From contig OZ244400.1 in the NCBI GenBank assembly GCA_965217275.1, positions 4,931,129-4,995,128 of the forward strand: 64,000 nucleotides of DNA, read 5' to 3'. Both the position numbers and the translations under genes were made by a program. Under the pieces are notes generated by a model, which saw only the letters and a list, made by a program, of their open reading frames with translations, ran no database searches and was not told the DNA's origin. Positions 8,347 to 19,833 of the stretch are shown here, one piece after another (the stretch's first letter is position 1; every line of letters begins with the position of its first letter). The stretch comes from Cyclobacteriaceae bacterium. Its GTDB lineage: Bacteria; Bacteroidota; Bacteroidia; Cytophagales; Cyclobacteriaceae.

Positions 8347-10536
8347 GTGACTCGACAACAGGTAATCGCTATCGTAAAATCGTTTGGACAAGCGTTGGAG
8401 CACGACGTGTCCACCCAGATTTCGGAGGCTCTTTCTAGCCGAACCGCCGAATATACCCCCGATCAGCTTCCCACCTTCATACACGACCTCACCGAAACCG
8501 GTAGTTCGTCGCGTTTGGTGTTTTTGCCCAACAGCTTGCCCGCTGACAATTACCGTGACTTTCTGAAGAAGCTTACCTTTCCGATCTTGGTTTTTCTTCG
8601 TCAAGGGGTGAAACTGACTCCTACAGTGGTTCGGCTGGACAAAAAAATGAACCCGGTGGCGCACCGAATTCAGCCCGATGGCACCACCACCATTGTTTCT
8701 ATCGACGAACTCACCGAAGACCCGTACCTCAACGAAAAGGACGAAGTGATGTTTATGACGGCCTTTCCGTTCCGGAGCATCGTCAGCAAAACCGAGGAAG
8801 AGGGTGAGCACCTCACTCCGCTCAAGCGCTTGCTCAACCTGCTGAGCACCGAGCGGCGCGACATCATTTATCTCTACGTGTACGCCGTAGCCGTGGGTAT
8901 CATCAGTTTGTCGTTGCCCCTGGGCACGCAGGCCATTGTTGGGTTTATCTCGGGCGGCATGTGGTTCAATTCGGTGATCTTACTCATTGGATTGGTAGTA
9001 ATCGCCATCGTGGTGAGCGGTGGCTTGCAGATCATGCAGATATCAATGGTGGAGGTGATGCAGCGGCGCATCTTTGCCAAAACCGCCTTCGAGTTTGCTC
9101 ATCGCATTCCGCGCATCGATGCCGAATCAATTCTGAAATACTACGCTCCGGAGCTCATCAACCGCTTCTTCGATGTGCTCACCATCCAGAAGGGGCTGCC
9201 CAAGCTGCTGATCGATATCTCAACGGCGATTATTCAGATTTTCTTTAGCCTGATTCTGCTGTCGTTCTATCACCCGTTCTTCGTGTTCTTTGGCATGCTG
9301 CTGGTCGGTTTGCTCACGCTCATCTTCTACATCACCGGTCCTAAGGGGCTGCGCTCTTCCATCAAAGAGTCGAAGTATAAGTACAAGGTGGTCTATTGGT
9401 TGGAAGAACTGGCCCGCACGCTGAGTTCGTTTAAGGTGGCGGGCACCACCCAACTTCCCATGCAGCGGGTGAGCGAGAACGTGAACAATTACCTGATTCA
9501 TCGCAAAGTACATTTTGGAGTACTCATCCGGCAGTTTTCTTATATCATCGCCTTCAAAACCTTTATCGTAGGCGGTCTGCTAATCCTAGGAACGATCTTG
9601 GTGATTGACCGCCAAATTACCTTGGGGCAGTTTGTGGCATCCGAAATCATTATTGTGTTGATTTTGGCGGCGGTGGAAAAGATCATTGTCAACTTGGACA
9701 CCATCTACGATATGCTCACGGCAGTAGACAAGATCGGCCACGTAACGGATTTGCCGCTCGAGAACGATGGCGGCATCACGGTGCCCGCCACCTACTTCGA
9801 GAAGGGTATTCACATTCGGGTAGAAAAATTAAGCTACCGCTATCCCAACAGCAAAGACTACGTGCTCAAAGACATTGATCTGGAGGTGAAGCCGGGCGAA
9901 CGGGTGTGCATCACCGGGTACAACGGCAGCGGCAAGTCGACGCTGGTGAACATTCTGGACGGTATCTACGATTCCTACGAGGGAATTGTAACCCTCAATA
10001 GCGTTTCGCTGCACAACCTCAACCTGACCGTGCTGCGCGACCACGTTGCCAAAAATGTGTCGCAAGAGGATATCTTCGATGGCTCGGTGCTCGATAACGT
10101 GACGGTAGGAAAGCCCTTCGTGAGCTACCAAAATGCTATTGATGCTCTGGAAGGAGTGGGCATCCTAGATGACATCAACCGCATGCCCAACGGGCTCCAC
10201 ACCGGGTTGATCAGCGGAGGGAAGAACCTGTCGTCAGGCCTGGCCCAGAAAATCATCCTGGCCCGCTGCATCGCCAAAAACCCGGAAGTAATTATTCTAA
10301 GCGACTTCTTCCAGTTTTTCTCCCAACTCGAGCAGCGCAAGCTGATTGACTACCTCACCGAGGAGCGTCACCGCTGGAGCCTGATCATCGTGTCGACGGC
10401 CCCCGTCATTGTGAGTCGTTGCACCAAGGTGCTGCTGCTTAAGCAGGGCCAGAAAATTGCCGAGGGCACCTACGACGAGGTAAAAGAAGAACCATTTTTT
10501 CAAGAATTGATCTTCGGGGAGCTAACTTCTCCCTAG
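8347..10536 (+). CDS. type I secretion-type ABC exporter (N-terminal C39-like domain without obvious catalytic Cys, 6-TM domain, nucleotide-binding domain with atypical Walker B and H-loop)
   Basis: Walker A GYNGSGKST (about 9910-9945). Signature-like LSSGLAQK (about 10228-10251). EVIILSDFF in place of hhhhDE (about 10288-10311). IIVSTAP where the H-loop His is expected. Followed by HlyD and TolC genes. Confidence 0.8.
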   Translation: MTRQQVIAIVKSFGQALEHDVSTQISEALSSRTAEYTPDQLPTFIHDLTETGSSSRLVFLPNSLPADNYRDFLKKLTFPILVFLRQGVKLTPTVVRLDKKMNPVAHRIQPDGTTTIVSIDELTEDPYLNEKDEVMFMTAFPFRSIVSKTEEEGEHLTPLKRLLNLLSTERRDIIYLYVYAVAVGIISLSLPLGTQAIVGFISGGMWFNSVILLIGLVVIAIVVSGGLQIMQISMVEVMQRRIFAKTAFEFAHRIPRIDAESILKYYAPELINRFFDVLTIQKGLPKLLIDISTAIIQIFFSLILLSFYHPFFVFFGMLLVGLLTLIFYITGPKGLRSSIKESKYKYKVVYWLEELARTLSSFKVAGTTQLPMQRVSENVNNYLIHRKVHFGVLIRQFSYIIAFKTFIVGGLLILGTILVIDRQITLGQFVASEIIIVLILAAVEKIIVNLDTIYDMLTAVDKIGHVTDLPLENDGGITVPATYFEKGIHIRVEKLSYRYPNSKDYVLKDIDLEVKPGERVCITGYNGSGKSTLVNILDGIYDSYEGIVTLNSVSLHNLNLTVLRDHVAKNVSQEDIFDGSVLDNVTVGKPFVSYQNAIDALEGVGILDDINRMPNGLHTGLISGGKNLSSGLAQKIILARCIAKNPEVIILSDFFQFFSQLEQRKLIDYLTEERHRWSLIIVSTAPVIVSRCTKVLLLKQGQKIAEGTYDEVKEEPFFQELIFGELTSP

Positions 10537-10580
10537 TCCCAAACGTTTATAAGTACAACGTACGACAGTAGAATAACTTT

Positions 10581-11948
10581 ATGATAGACCCTACGAAGAC
10601 CTTACTTCAAGAAGAGGCGACGACCTACGGCCTGGAGTCGATGGACGTGCTTCAGTCTCCCCGCGCGGGGCGGGTGCTGGCGCGCTGGGTGGGGGGCATT
10701 GGTATCTTCTTGTTTTTAGTGCTCTTTTTGCCCTGGCAGCAAAATATCACCGCCACCGGGGAAGTGACGGCCCTTTCCCCGCAGAATCGTCCGCAAACCA
10801 TTCAGTCGGCTATTCCGGGACGGATCGACCGCTGGTACGTGCAGGAAGGAGATTACGTAAGCAAGGGTGACACCATCCTGAAGCTTACCGAAATCAAGGA
10901 CAAGTTTTTTGATCCGGAAATGCTCCTTCGTATGGAGGAGCAACTCAACGCCAAAGCATCGAGTTTGGACTCTAAACAGGAGAAAGCAGCAGCGCTGCGT
11001 CGGCAGATTGCCGCCCTCCGTGACAACCTGTCGCTCAAGCTAAAGCAAACCAAAAACAAAGTCCGCCAAATGGAGCTCAAGGTGGTGAGCGACAGCATGG
11101 ATTATGTGGCCGAGCAGAATAACTTCGCCATTGCCAAAAACCAGTTCGAGCGGCAGCAAACGCTCTACGATGAGGGGCTCAAGTCGCTCACCGAACTACA
11201 GGAAAAGGAGCAGAAACTACAGCAAACCCGCGCCAAACTCACGGCCACCGAGAACAAGTTTCTGGCTACCCAAAACGAACTGATCAACGCGCAGATCGAG
11301 CTCAACGCAGTCGAGGCCGACTACATGGAAAAAATCAGTAAGGCTCAGTCTGATCTGAATACTACGTTGGCCGATCTGTTCGACGGACAGGGCGGGCTCT
11401 CTAAATTACAGAACGAATACACCAATATGAGTATCCGCAGCGATCAGTACGAGATCATCGCTCCGCAGGATGGCTACGTGGTGCGGGCCCTTAAATCCGG
11501 GATTGGTGAAACGATCAAGGAAGGGGAGGGAGTCGTCACCGTGATGCCTGAGAACCCCGACAAGGCGGTGCAACTTTACGTGCGCCCGATGGACGTTCCG
11601 CTTTTGTCGGTGGGGCGGCCGGTGCGTTTGGAGTTCGACGGGTGGCCTGCCCTGCAGTTTTCGGGCTGGCCCAGCGTGGCGGTGGGTACCTTTGGGGGCG
11701 TGGTTGAGGTGATCGATTACGTGGAAACAGCGACCAAAGAAGGAAAATACCGCATCCTGGTAGTGCCTGATCCTGAAGACAATGACGGCGACTGGCCCGA
11801 CCAGTTGCGGCTGGGTTCGGGGGCCAACGGGTTTGTGATGCTCGACGAAGTGCCGCTGTGGTACGAACTGTGGCGATTGTACAACGGTTTTCCGCCGAGC
11901 TTGCAGAGCGAACCAGGCTCGGGAAGCCCTTACAAAGCCAAGAAGTAA
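10581..11948 (+). CDS. HlyD-family membrane fusion (periplasmic adaptor) protein
   Basis: N-terminal TM helix, long coiled-coil middle region and barrel-sandwich ends. Sits between the ABC and TolC genes. Confidence 0.85.
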   Translation: MIDPTKTLLQEEATTYGLESMDVLQSPRAGRVLARWVGGIGIFLFLVLFLPWQQNITATGEVTALSPQNRPQTIQSAIPGRIDRWYVQEGDYVSKGDTILKLTEIKDKFFDPEMLLRMEEQLNAKASSLDSKQEKAAALRRQIAALRDNLSLKLKQTKNKVRQMELKVVSDSMDYVAEQNNFAIAKNQFERQQTLYDEGLKSLTELQEKEQKLQQTRAKLTATENKFLATQNELINAQIELNAVEADYMEKISKAQSDLNTTLADLFDGQGGLSKLQNEYTNMSIRSDQYEIIAPQDGYVVRALKSGIGETIKEGEGVVTVMPENPDKAVQLYVRPMDVPLLSVGRPVRLEFDGWPALQFSGWPSVAVGTFGGVVEVIDYVETATKEGKYRILVVPDPEDNDGDWPDQLRLGSGANGFVMLDEVPLWYELWRLYNGFPPSLQSEPGSGSPYKAKK

Positions 11949-11950
11949 TC

Positions 11951-13459
11951 ATGAGGGTTCGGCTTGTAGTTTTCTTTCTCCTGATGTTAACCGCTTTGGT
12001 CGGTGGGGCGCAGCCGCGGCTGGCTTCGTTTGATACGACCGCCGTTGCCTTGGCTTCTCCGCTCACGCTGGATGAGTATTTTCAGGCGGTTTTATCCAAT
12101 CATCCCGTGGCCCGGCAGGCTTACCTGCTCAACGAACTGGCGCAGCAAGACCTCCGACTAGCCCAGGGCAATTTTGATCCCAAGCTGAAGTCTAATTTCG
12201 CCATTAAGCAGTTTGGCGACAAAAACACTACCTACTACAACACGTGGGACTCTAAGCTGGAGGTGCCGCTGTGGTTTCCGCTAGATTTGAACGTGGGTTA
12301 TGAACAAAACCGAGGGCAGTACCTTAACGACGAACTGGCAAACACCCAGGATGGCTTGATCTACGCGGGAGTGAGTTTACCCGTAGGACGGGGGCTGCTT
12401 ATTGATGAACGACGCACGGCGGTGCGTACCGCCCGGTTGATGCAAGACATCGCAGTGGCCGACCAGATCAAGGAAATCAACAAAGTGCTGCTGAATGCGG
12501 CCAAAGCCTATTGGGAGTGGTACTATGCCTACGAAGCGTTTCGGGTGGTCAGCGAAGTGGAAGAACTGGCCGAAACCCGCTACCGGGGGGTGGTGCGGCG
12601 GGTAGAAAACGGTGACGCTGCCCCCTTCGATTCGTTGAAGGCCTACATCAACTATCAGGAGCGCGACGTGCTGCGTGCCCAGGCCGCCCTGGACTACGAA
12701 AACTCGAAGCTCACCGCCTCGGTTTACCTGTGGCGCACCGATGACAATAACGCCATACCACTCGAGATTGCCGAAAACACGGTGCCGGTGCGCTCGGATA
12801 GCGTGAGTAATCTTTCGTTGGAGGCTCTCGGTGATCTGCAGCGACTGGCGCGGGTGAACCATCCCGAAATCACCAAACTAGGAGCCAAGATTCAGCAGCT
12901 GCAGATACAGCAACGACTCAACCGGGAGTTTTTGAAGCCGGAGATCAACCTAAAGTATAATTTCTTGGCAAACTCTTTTAATGGTGACGGGCAGCAGCTT
13001 TTCAACCAGCGTGACATCCCGGTTAATGGTAGCGGTATGGTGCCCTGGTACGAGAACAACTACCGCGCGGGCGCGGAGTTTTACTTTCCTCTGTTTCTAC
13101 GCAAAGAGCGCGCGAAGCTGGCCCAAACCCGCGTGAAGCTAGAGCAGAATTTCTTTGAGCGTTCGTTCGTGCAGCGCACCGTCGAGAACGAAATCAACAC
13201 GGCGTATAACACCTTGTATAACCTTAACACCGTGATTGCCATGCAGCGGCAGATGGTGCAAAACTACGAGCGCTTGCTACAGGGCGAGTTGCGCAAGTTC
13301 GAGTTCGGCGAAAGCTCTATCTTCCTAATCAACACCCGCGAAACCGAGTTGCTCGACGCTCGGGTGAAACTCCTCAAGCTTTACACCCAGTACGAGAAAG
13401 CCAAGCTGGAGCTACAGTACGCGGCCGGCGTGCCCAACTTGGTGCAGGCAAGCAACTAA
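11951..13459 (+). CDS. TolC-family outer membrane efflux protein
   Basis: ATG 11951 lies 3 nt after the HlyD stop and gives the signal peptide MRVRLVVFFLLMLTALVGGAQ. Two-repeat TolC-like architecture. Confidence 0.85.
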   Translation: MRVRLVVFFLLMLTALVGGAQPRLASFDTTAVALASPLTLDEYFQAVLSNHPVARQAYLLNELAQQDLRLAQGNFDPKLKSNFAIKQFGDKNTTYYNTWDSKLEVPLWFPLDLNVGYEQNRGQYLNDELANTQDGLIYAGVSLPVGRGLLIDERRTAVRTARLMQDIAVADQIKEINKVLLNAAKAYWEWYYAYEAFRVVSEVEELAETRYRGVVRRVENGDAAPFDSLKAYINYQERDVLRAQAALDYENSKLTASVYLWRTDDNNAIPLEIAENTVPVRSDSVSNLSLEALGDLQRLARVNHPEITKLGAKIQQLQIQQRLNREFLKPEINLKYNFLANSFNGDGQQLFNQRDIPVNGSGMVPWYENNYRAGAEFYFPLFLRKERAKLAQTRVKLEQNFFERSFVQRTVENEINTAYNTLYNLNTVIAMQRQMVQNYERLLQGELRKFEFGESSIFLINTRETELLDARVKLLKLYTQYEKAKLELQYAAGVPNLVQASN

Positions 13460-13848
13460 ATGGCCACAATGCTTTTGGTCATGTTGAACTCATCGTTGCC
13501 CACCTCAATGATAAAGAATTTAGAGGCGTGATCGGAAAGGTCTAACACCTGCTGAAAATTGCCCCGCACCCGCACCTTCTCTTCGTGAAGCAGATTCCCG
13601 ATCACATCGTAGACTTTTATGAAAATCAAGCCCTTGGAGCGAGAAGCGATGTTGACCTCAAATTTTCCGTCCGACACCGGAGTGAGTTGTAAGTCCAGTT
13701 CGTGGCGAAGGATTTCCGCGGGGTAGTCGATTTGCTTTTCGGTGACCGCCGGAGTTATTGCCGTTGAGCGAGTGGGAGACCGCTCTTCTTGTGCGTATGC
13801 TACAACAACCGGTAGCAGACCAGTAACGATTAGAAAAAGATATTTCAT
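13456..13848 (-). CDS. small secreted protein consisting essentially of a T9SS (Por) C-terminal sorting domain
   Basis: Signal peptide MKYLFLIVTGLLPVVVAYAQ. C-terminal ..IKVYDVIGNLLHEEKV..LDLSDHASKFFIIEVGN..KSIVAI resembles T9SS type A CTDs. Confidence 0.5.
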   Translation of the reverse strand: MKYLFLIVTGLLPVVVAYAQEERSPTRSTAITPAVTEKQIDYPAEILRHELDLQLTPVSDGKFEVNIASRSKGLIFIKVYDVIGNLLHEEKVRVRGNFQQVLDLSDHASKFFIIEVGNDEFNMTKSIVAI

Positions 13849-13946
13849 GCGAAAAGAAGACCGTGGTGCTTCAATGACCTAATCAAGGTACTACATTTTT
13901 TCAGTTGCGCAATTGTTCGCCCAATGGAAGCAAGCACCGTCTAAGC

Positions 13947-14738
13947 TTATATGTCAACGCGCCCTAGAGCAAGAGACTCACCGTCGAAACGCGCAAAATG
14001 CCCCTGCTCGAACCATGCCCCGGTATTGATATAACGACTGCTTCCGCTCAGCGGTATATCCAGCACCAGGTGCCGATGACCAAAAATGTAATAATCGTGG
14101 TGGTGGTGCTGTTCCAAGACGGAGCAGTACTGATAGATCCATTCTTCTTCTTTGGTTCGAAAAGGCTCATCCCGAAGCAGGTTTTTACGACGACTATGGG
14201 CCGACCACCGGCGAGCCAGACCAACTCCCCAACCAGGATGCACCGCCGCAAACAACCGTTGGCACGTGCGGGAGGCAAAAAACCGTTTGAATAACTTGTA
14301 CCGATAATCTCCCGGTCCCAACCCGTCGCCGTGCCCCACGTGAAACTGCTGCTCGTTAATAGAAAAGCTCAACGGTTTCCGAATTATGGGAATGCCCAGT
14401 TCCTGCGGAAAGTAATCAAACAGCCACATGTCGTGGTTGCCGGTGAACAAATACACGCGGATGCCCTGGTCTACCAACTCGGCTAGTTTTCCCAGAAAGC
14501 GGACGGAACCGCGAGGAACCACGTAGCGATACTCAAACCAAAAGTCAAAGGTATCACCTAGTAAAAATATCACCTGGGCGTCCTCGGCAATACTCTCGAG
14601 CCAGCGCACCACGGCTCGTTCCCGATCGCGGGCCGCTTCGTCATCCGAGGTCCCCAGGTGAAAGTCGGAGGCGAAGTACACCTTACCGGCTCCGGTGAGA
14701 AGAATTGGCTCGATGGAGCGCGCGGGAGCGTCAAGCAT
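13947..14738 (-). CDS. lpxH: UDP-2,3-diacylglucosamine diphosphatase-like metallophosphoesterase
   Basis: Calcineurin-like motifs FASDFHLG, LLGDTFDFWFEY, TGNHDMW, GHGD, FGHRH. Confidence 0.75.
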   Translation of the reverse strand: MLDAPARSIEPILLTGAGKVYFASDFHLGTSDDEAARDRERAVVRWLESIAEDAQVIFLLGDTFDFWFEYRYVVPRGSVRFLGKLAELVDQGIRVYLFTGNHDMWLFDYFPQELGIPIIRKPLSFSINEQQFHVGHGDGLGPGDYRYKLFKRFFASRTCQRLFAAVHPGWGVGLARRWSAHSRRKNLLRDEPFRTKEEEWIYQYCSVLEQHHHHDYYIFGHRHLVLDIPLSGSSRYINTGAWFEQGHFARFDGESLALGRVDI

Positions 14739-14889
14739 ACAAAGACAAGTCAGGGGGCTATCTTAAAAAGTTAGGCGGTGCGTATCGTTGATACCGCACC
14801 GCCTTCCAATTCACGGGTTGTATTACAAATTGCCGTTTAAACAAGCAACGCGATGGAAACTCCTTCCACCCGGACGCTGCGCCGCAAAA

Positions 14890-16995
14890 TTACTTCTTCT
14901 TGCCTTCATCCACCGAAGCGGCTTCTGCCGGAGTGGCCTCTACCGGGGTAACCTCTTCCTCAACATCCACCTTCTTGCCTTCTTCGTGTTCAGTATCTTC
15001 CGGTTCAATGGAGATAGGTCCCTGGCCGTCGGCCCGCCCGCTTTCGGTGGTGTAGGCCTGGTAATTGGTAGGCCTGCTAAACGGACGCTTACCGATGAGC
15101 CGATCCACGTCAGCCTGAAACAGCACCTCTTTGTCCAGTAGCTCTTTTGCAATCAGCTCCAGGGCTTCCCGCTTCTCAATCAACAGGGCCTTGGTCCGTT
15201 CGTAAGCGTGACTGATGATATTCCGAACTTCTTCGTCAATGGTTTGAGCCGTAGCCTCGGAATAAGGCTTGCTAAAGTTATAGTCCGATTGCTGGGAATC
15301 GTAGTACGAGATATTGCCCAGTTTCTCGTTCATGCCGTAGACGGTGACCATGCCGTAGGCCATCTTGGTGACGCGCTCCAGGTCGTTCTGCGCTCCGGTA
15401 GAGATCTTGCCGAACACCACTTCTTCGGCCGCGCGCCCGCCCAGGGCCATGCACATTTCGTCGAGCATCTGCTCGGTGCGGTACAAATACTGCTCCTTGG
15501 GCAGATACTGAGCGTAACCCAGGGCCGCCACTCCGCGAGGAACGATGCTCACCTTCACCAAGGGGTCGGCGTGTTCCAAGAACCACCCGGCCACGGCGTG
15601 GCCGCCTTCGTGGTAGGCCACAATCTCTTTCTCTTCGGGCGAAATCAACTTGTTCTTCTTCTCCAGTCCACCGATCACCCGATCAATAGCATCGTTGAAA
15701 TCCTGTGGGTCCACCATTTTCTTGTCCCGACGGGCCGCAATCAGGGCCGCTTCGTTGCAGATGTTAGCAATCTCGGCCCCGGCGAAGCCCGGCGTCTGGG
15801 CAGCCAGTTTCTTGGGGTCCACTTCCTTAGACGACTTGATGGGCTTGAGGTGCACGCGGAAGATCGCTTCGCGCCCCACAATGTCGGGCTTGTCGATTGA
15901 GATTTGCCGATCAAAACGTCCCGGTCGCAGCAGCGCCGAATCCAGCACGTCGGGGCGGTTAGTCGCGGCCAGAATGATCACACCCGAATCGGTAGAGAAG
16001 CCGTCCATTTCGGCCAGCAGTGAGTTCAGGGTGTTTTCGCGCTCATCGTTCGAGCCTGGCATAGCGCCTTTTCCCCGGGCGCGGCCCACGGCGTCAATCT
16101 CATCGATAAAGATAATGCAGGGGGCTTTTTCTTTGGCCTGCTTAAACAGGTCACGCACCCGCGCGGCTCCTACCCCGACGAACATCTCCACAAAGTCGGA
16201 ACCTGACAGTGAGAAGAAGGGCACGCCCGCTTCTCCGGCAACGGCTTTGGCCAGCAGGGTTTTTCCGGTACCCGGAGTACCGATCAGCAGGGCTCCCTTG
16301 GGAATCTTACCGCCCAGGTTGGTGTACTTGGCGGGGTTTTTTAAAAACTCAACGATCTCCTTGATTTCTTCCTTGGCCTCGTCGAGACCCGCTACGTTGT
16401 CAAAGGTAATGTTTACCTTATTCTCAGCGTCAAAGAGGGCGGCTCTAGACTTACCAATGTTGAAAATCTGTCCGCCCGGTCCTCCGGCTCCGGCCATGCG
16501 GCGCATCAGAAACCAAAAGCCGAACAACAGCAAAAACAGAAACCCCCAGGTGGATAACACACTGGTGAAGTCGGATCGGTCGTCCACTTCGTAATCAATT
16601 TGTTCCGACTCGGGTAGGTCCTGCTGCGCTTCATCAAACTTGCGGATGAAAATTTCCGGGTCAGCAATACGAAAGCGGTACTGGGGCCCACCGGTAGTGG
16701 AAAAGGGACCACGTTCTTCTAATTCATTGCGGTACTCGGGTTTCTGAAAAGCGTCTCGGTTCAGGGTGACCTCCACCGCGTTTTGGTTGCGAATCAAGAC
16801 CACCTTGGCCACGTCTCCATCGGACACCATGCGCTGAAACCGCTGCATGGTGAGGGGGGCGGTGGAGTTGCTACGGTTGAAGTAGGTAACCCCCAACACC
16901 AGCGCCAACAGTGTCACAATGATCCAAATCTGATAATTGGGTCGCGGCGACGGCTTCGGCATCGTTTTTTTATTCTTACTTGTCTTCTCTGCCAT
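14890..16995 (-). CDS. ftsH: ATP-dependent zinc metalloprotease FtsH
   Basis: AAA+ Walker [14 protein letters not shown], Walker [33 protein letters not shown], zinc site HEGGHA. Confidence 0.95.
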   Translation of the reverse strand: MAEKTSKNKKTMPKPSPRPNYQIWIIVTLLALVLGVTYFNRSNSTAPLTMQRFQRMVSDGDVAKVVLIRNQNAVEVTLNRDAFQKPEYRNELEERGPFSTTGGPQYRFRIADPEIFIRKFDEAQQDLPESEQIDYEVDDRSDFTSVLSTWGFLFLLLFGFWFLMRRMAGAGGPGGQIFNIGKSRAALFDAENKVNITFDNVAGLDEAKEEIKEIVEFLKNPAKYTNLGGKIPKGALLIGTPGTGKTLLAKAVAGEAGVPFFSLSGSDFVEMFVGVGAARVRDLFKQAKEKAPCIIFIDEIDAVGRARGKGAMPGSNDERENTLNSLLAEMDGFSTDSGVIILAATNRPDVLDSALLRPGRFDRQISIDKPDIVGREAIFRVHLKPIKSSKEVDPKKLAAQTPGFAGAEIANICNEAALIAARRDKKMVDPQDFNDAIDRVIGGLEKKNKLISPEEKEIVAYHEGGHAVAGWFLEHADPLVKVSIVPRGVAALGYAQYLPKEQYLYRTEQMLDEMCMALGGRAAEEVVFGKISTGAQNDLERVTKMAYGMVTVYGMNEKLGNISYYDSQQSDYNFSKPYSEATAQTIDEEVRNIISHAYERTKALLIEKREALELIAKELLDKEVLFQADVDRLIGKRPFSRPTNYQAYTTESGRADGQGPISIEPEDTEHEEGKKVDVEEEVTPVEATPAEAASVDEGKKK

Positions 16996-17037
16996 GTATA
17001 CGTTTACTAATTGTTAACCAATTGAACTAACTATCTA

Positions 17038-17403
17038 CTACAAAGTTTTTACGGCCTCTTCGGGCGAAACCGTACGGATCACCGCATCACCCCACAGGGC
17101 TTCCAGCGCGAAGAACTCCCGGCGCTCGCGCAAGAAAATATGGGCGACCACGGTGACGTAGTCCAGTAAAACCCACTCCTTTTGCTGCGTTCCTTCACGG
17201 TGCCAGGGGCGTTCGCCCAGTCGCTCTTTCACTTCTTTTTCTACCGACTCGGCAATGGCATCCAGTTGGGTATCCGAAGTGCCCGACCCAATCACAAAGA
17301 AATCGGCGACGGCATTTTTCACTTTGCGTAAATCCATCACCACCACGTCTTCGGCCTTCTTCTCTAACATGCCGAAGGCAACCACTTCACTGAGTTTATG
17401 CAT
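17038..17403 (-). CDS. rsfS: ribosome silencing factor RsfS
   Basis: 121 aa with the typical ..DFFVIGSGTSDTQLDAIA..WVLLDYVTVVAHIF..R.FFALEALWGDA. Confidence 0.85.
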   Translation of the reverse strand: MHKLSEVVAFGMLEKKAEDVVVMDLRKVKNAVADFFVIGSGTSDTQLDAIAESVEKEVKERLGERPWHREGTQQKEWVLLDYVTVVAHIFLRERREFFALEALWGDAVIRTVSPEEAVKTL

Positions 17404-17454
17404 GAACTAAATAATCTTTTGGTATATTGACGATGAAAGAACCAAGATATTGGC

Positions 17455-18210
17455 TTGAATTTTTTTATCCGCACCACTTGCTACCTCGGGAAGCAAATTT
17501 TTTATTATTCTTCCTGTGATTCTACCAACCGGCAGGCGCAACAACTGCTTCAGGAAGGTGAGGCCACGCACGGCGCCCTGGTGTATACGGACCATCAAAC
17601 GGCGGGAAAAGGACAACAAGGGAGCGATTGGGAGGCGGCTCCGTCACAAAATCTCACCTTATCTCTCATCCTATTTCCAGCCCTAGCCGTAGAAAAACAG
17701 CACTGGTTGACTGTCGTTGCGTCATTATCGGTGCACGATACGATTAGTTTCTGGCTCAGCCAACCCCCGACCATCAAGTGGCCGAACGATATTTTGTGCG
17801 AAAGTAGCAAAATATGCGGTATTTTAATACAGAACAACCTGAAAGGACGTAAGATTCACTCCAGCGTGATTGGAATCGGGTTAAACGTGAACCAGACTAA
17901 ATTCGGCGTGCCCGGGGCCACCTCGCTGGCCCTGCTCACCGGGCAGCGCTGGGACCGGCAGGAAGTGCTCACCCGCTGGGCCGAATGTGCCGAGCATCGG
18001 CTAGCGCAGTTGGCGCAGCAAGACTTTGCTACCCTGAGCGACGATTACCTGGCGCGCCTGCACTGGCGGGGCGAGCGCCATCGGTTTGAGGATGCCGAAG
18101 GCCAATTCCACGGGATCATTGAGGGAATAGACGAGGGGGGGCGGTTAGCAGTGAAAACCGAGGGAGAAATCCGATACTACGACGTGAAACAACTACGGTA
18201 CCTGCGGTAA
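17455..18210 (+). CDS. birA: biotin--[acetyl-CoA-carboxylase] ligase (no HTH domain)
   Basis: GKGQQGSDW (GRGRxGRxW-type) motif and KWPNDIL. 251 aa. TTG start is uncertain. Confidence 0.8.
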   Translation: MNFFIRTTCYLGKQIFYYSSCDSTNRQAQQLLQEGEATHGALVYTDHQTAGKGQQGSDWEAAPSQNLTLSLILFPALAVEKQHWLTVVASLSVHDTISFWLSQPPTIKWPNDILCESSKICGILIQNNLKGRKIHSSVIGIGLNVNQTKFGVPGATSLALLTGQRWDRQEVLTRWAECAEHRLAQLAQQDFATLSDDYLARLHWRGERHRFEDAEGQFHGIIEGIDEGGRLAVKTEGEIRYYDVKQLRYLR

Positions 18211-18221
18211 GCACTAATTTT

Positions 18222-18279
18222 CTAAACTTTTGGGATTCGGGGTGGCCAGGCCACGGTGACACGAACCCCAAAAGTTTAG
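18222..18279. repeat. palindromic intergenic element between birA and ahcY
   Basis: 13-bp stem CTAAACTTTTGGG / CCCAAAAGTTTAG encloses GATTCGGGGTGGCCAGGCCACGGTGACACGAACC. Related to the element at about 19735-19790. Confidence 0.7.
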
Positions 18280-18334
18280 CGATTGTCAAAGATATGCCGT
18301 AGGTTTGCGAAAAATTTACCCTAACAAAAAAGCA

Positions 18335-19639
<1,305 letters not shown>

Positions 19640-19734
19640 GTATCTTTTGCTAGATGACAGCTATTTTGCGCCCAGGTTTTTGTTCAAAAGCTCGGGTGCT
19701 TAATTTTTTACTCATTAAAGGTTCTTCTGGCAAA

Positions 19735-19790
19735 TCCTTAAGGTTCGTGTCGACTGGGCCACGGTAGCACGAATCTCCGGATAAGCAATT
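19735..19790. repeat. palindromic intergenic element related to 18222..18279, opposite orientation
   Basis: GGTTCGTGTCGACTGGGCCACGGTAGCACGAATC shares GGCCACGGT(G/A)(A/G)CACGAA and the TTCGTG/CACGAA arms with the birA-ahcY element. Confidence 0.55.
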
Positions 19791-19833
19791 ATCAGAATGA
19801 AGTTTATGAATAACCATTTTTTGCTTGACCAAT

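Noticed and set aside
8034..8811. ORFs 8034..8312 (+), 8090..8281 (-) and 8287..8811 (-) around the recQ/ABC intergenic region
   Set aside because: They overlap the recQ start or are antisense to the ABC exporter N-terminus. They are short or compositionally odd with no motifs. The 253-bp spacer is better read as a divergent promoter region.
11858..11950. Upstream start of the TolC ORF overlapping hlyD by 91 nt
   Set aside because: ATG 11951 directly follows the hlyD stop and yields a typical signal peptide. The upstream extension has no signal sequence.
18211..18334. SAH riboswitch upstream of ahcY
   Set aside because: The leader forms a simple long hairpin. I could not see the pseudoknotted SAH-riboswitch core, and that class is, to my knowledge, mainly proteobacterial and actinobacterial. 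A covariance-model scan would settle it.
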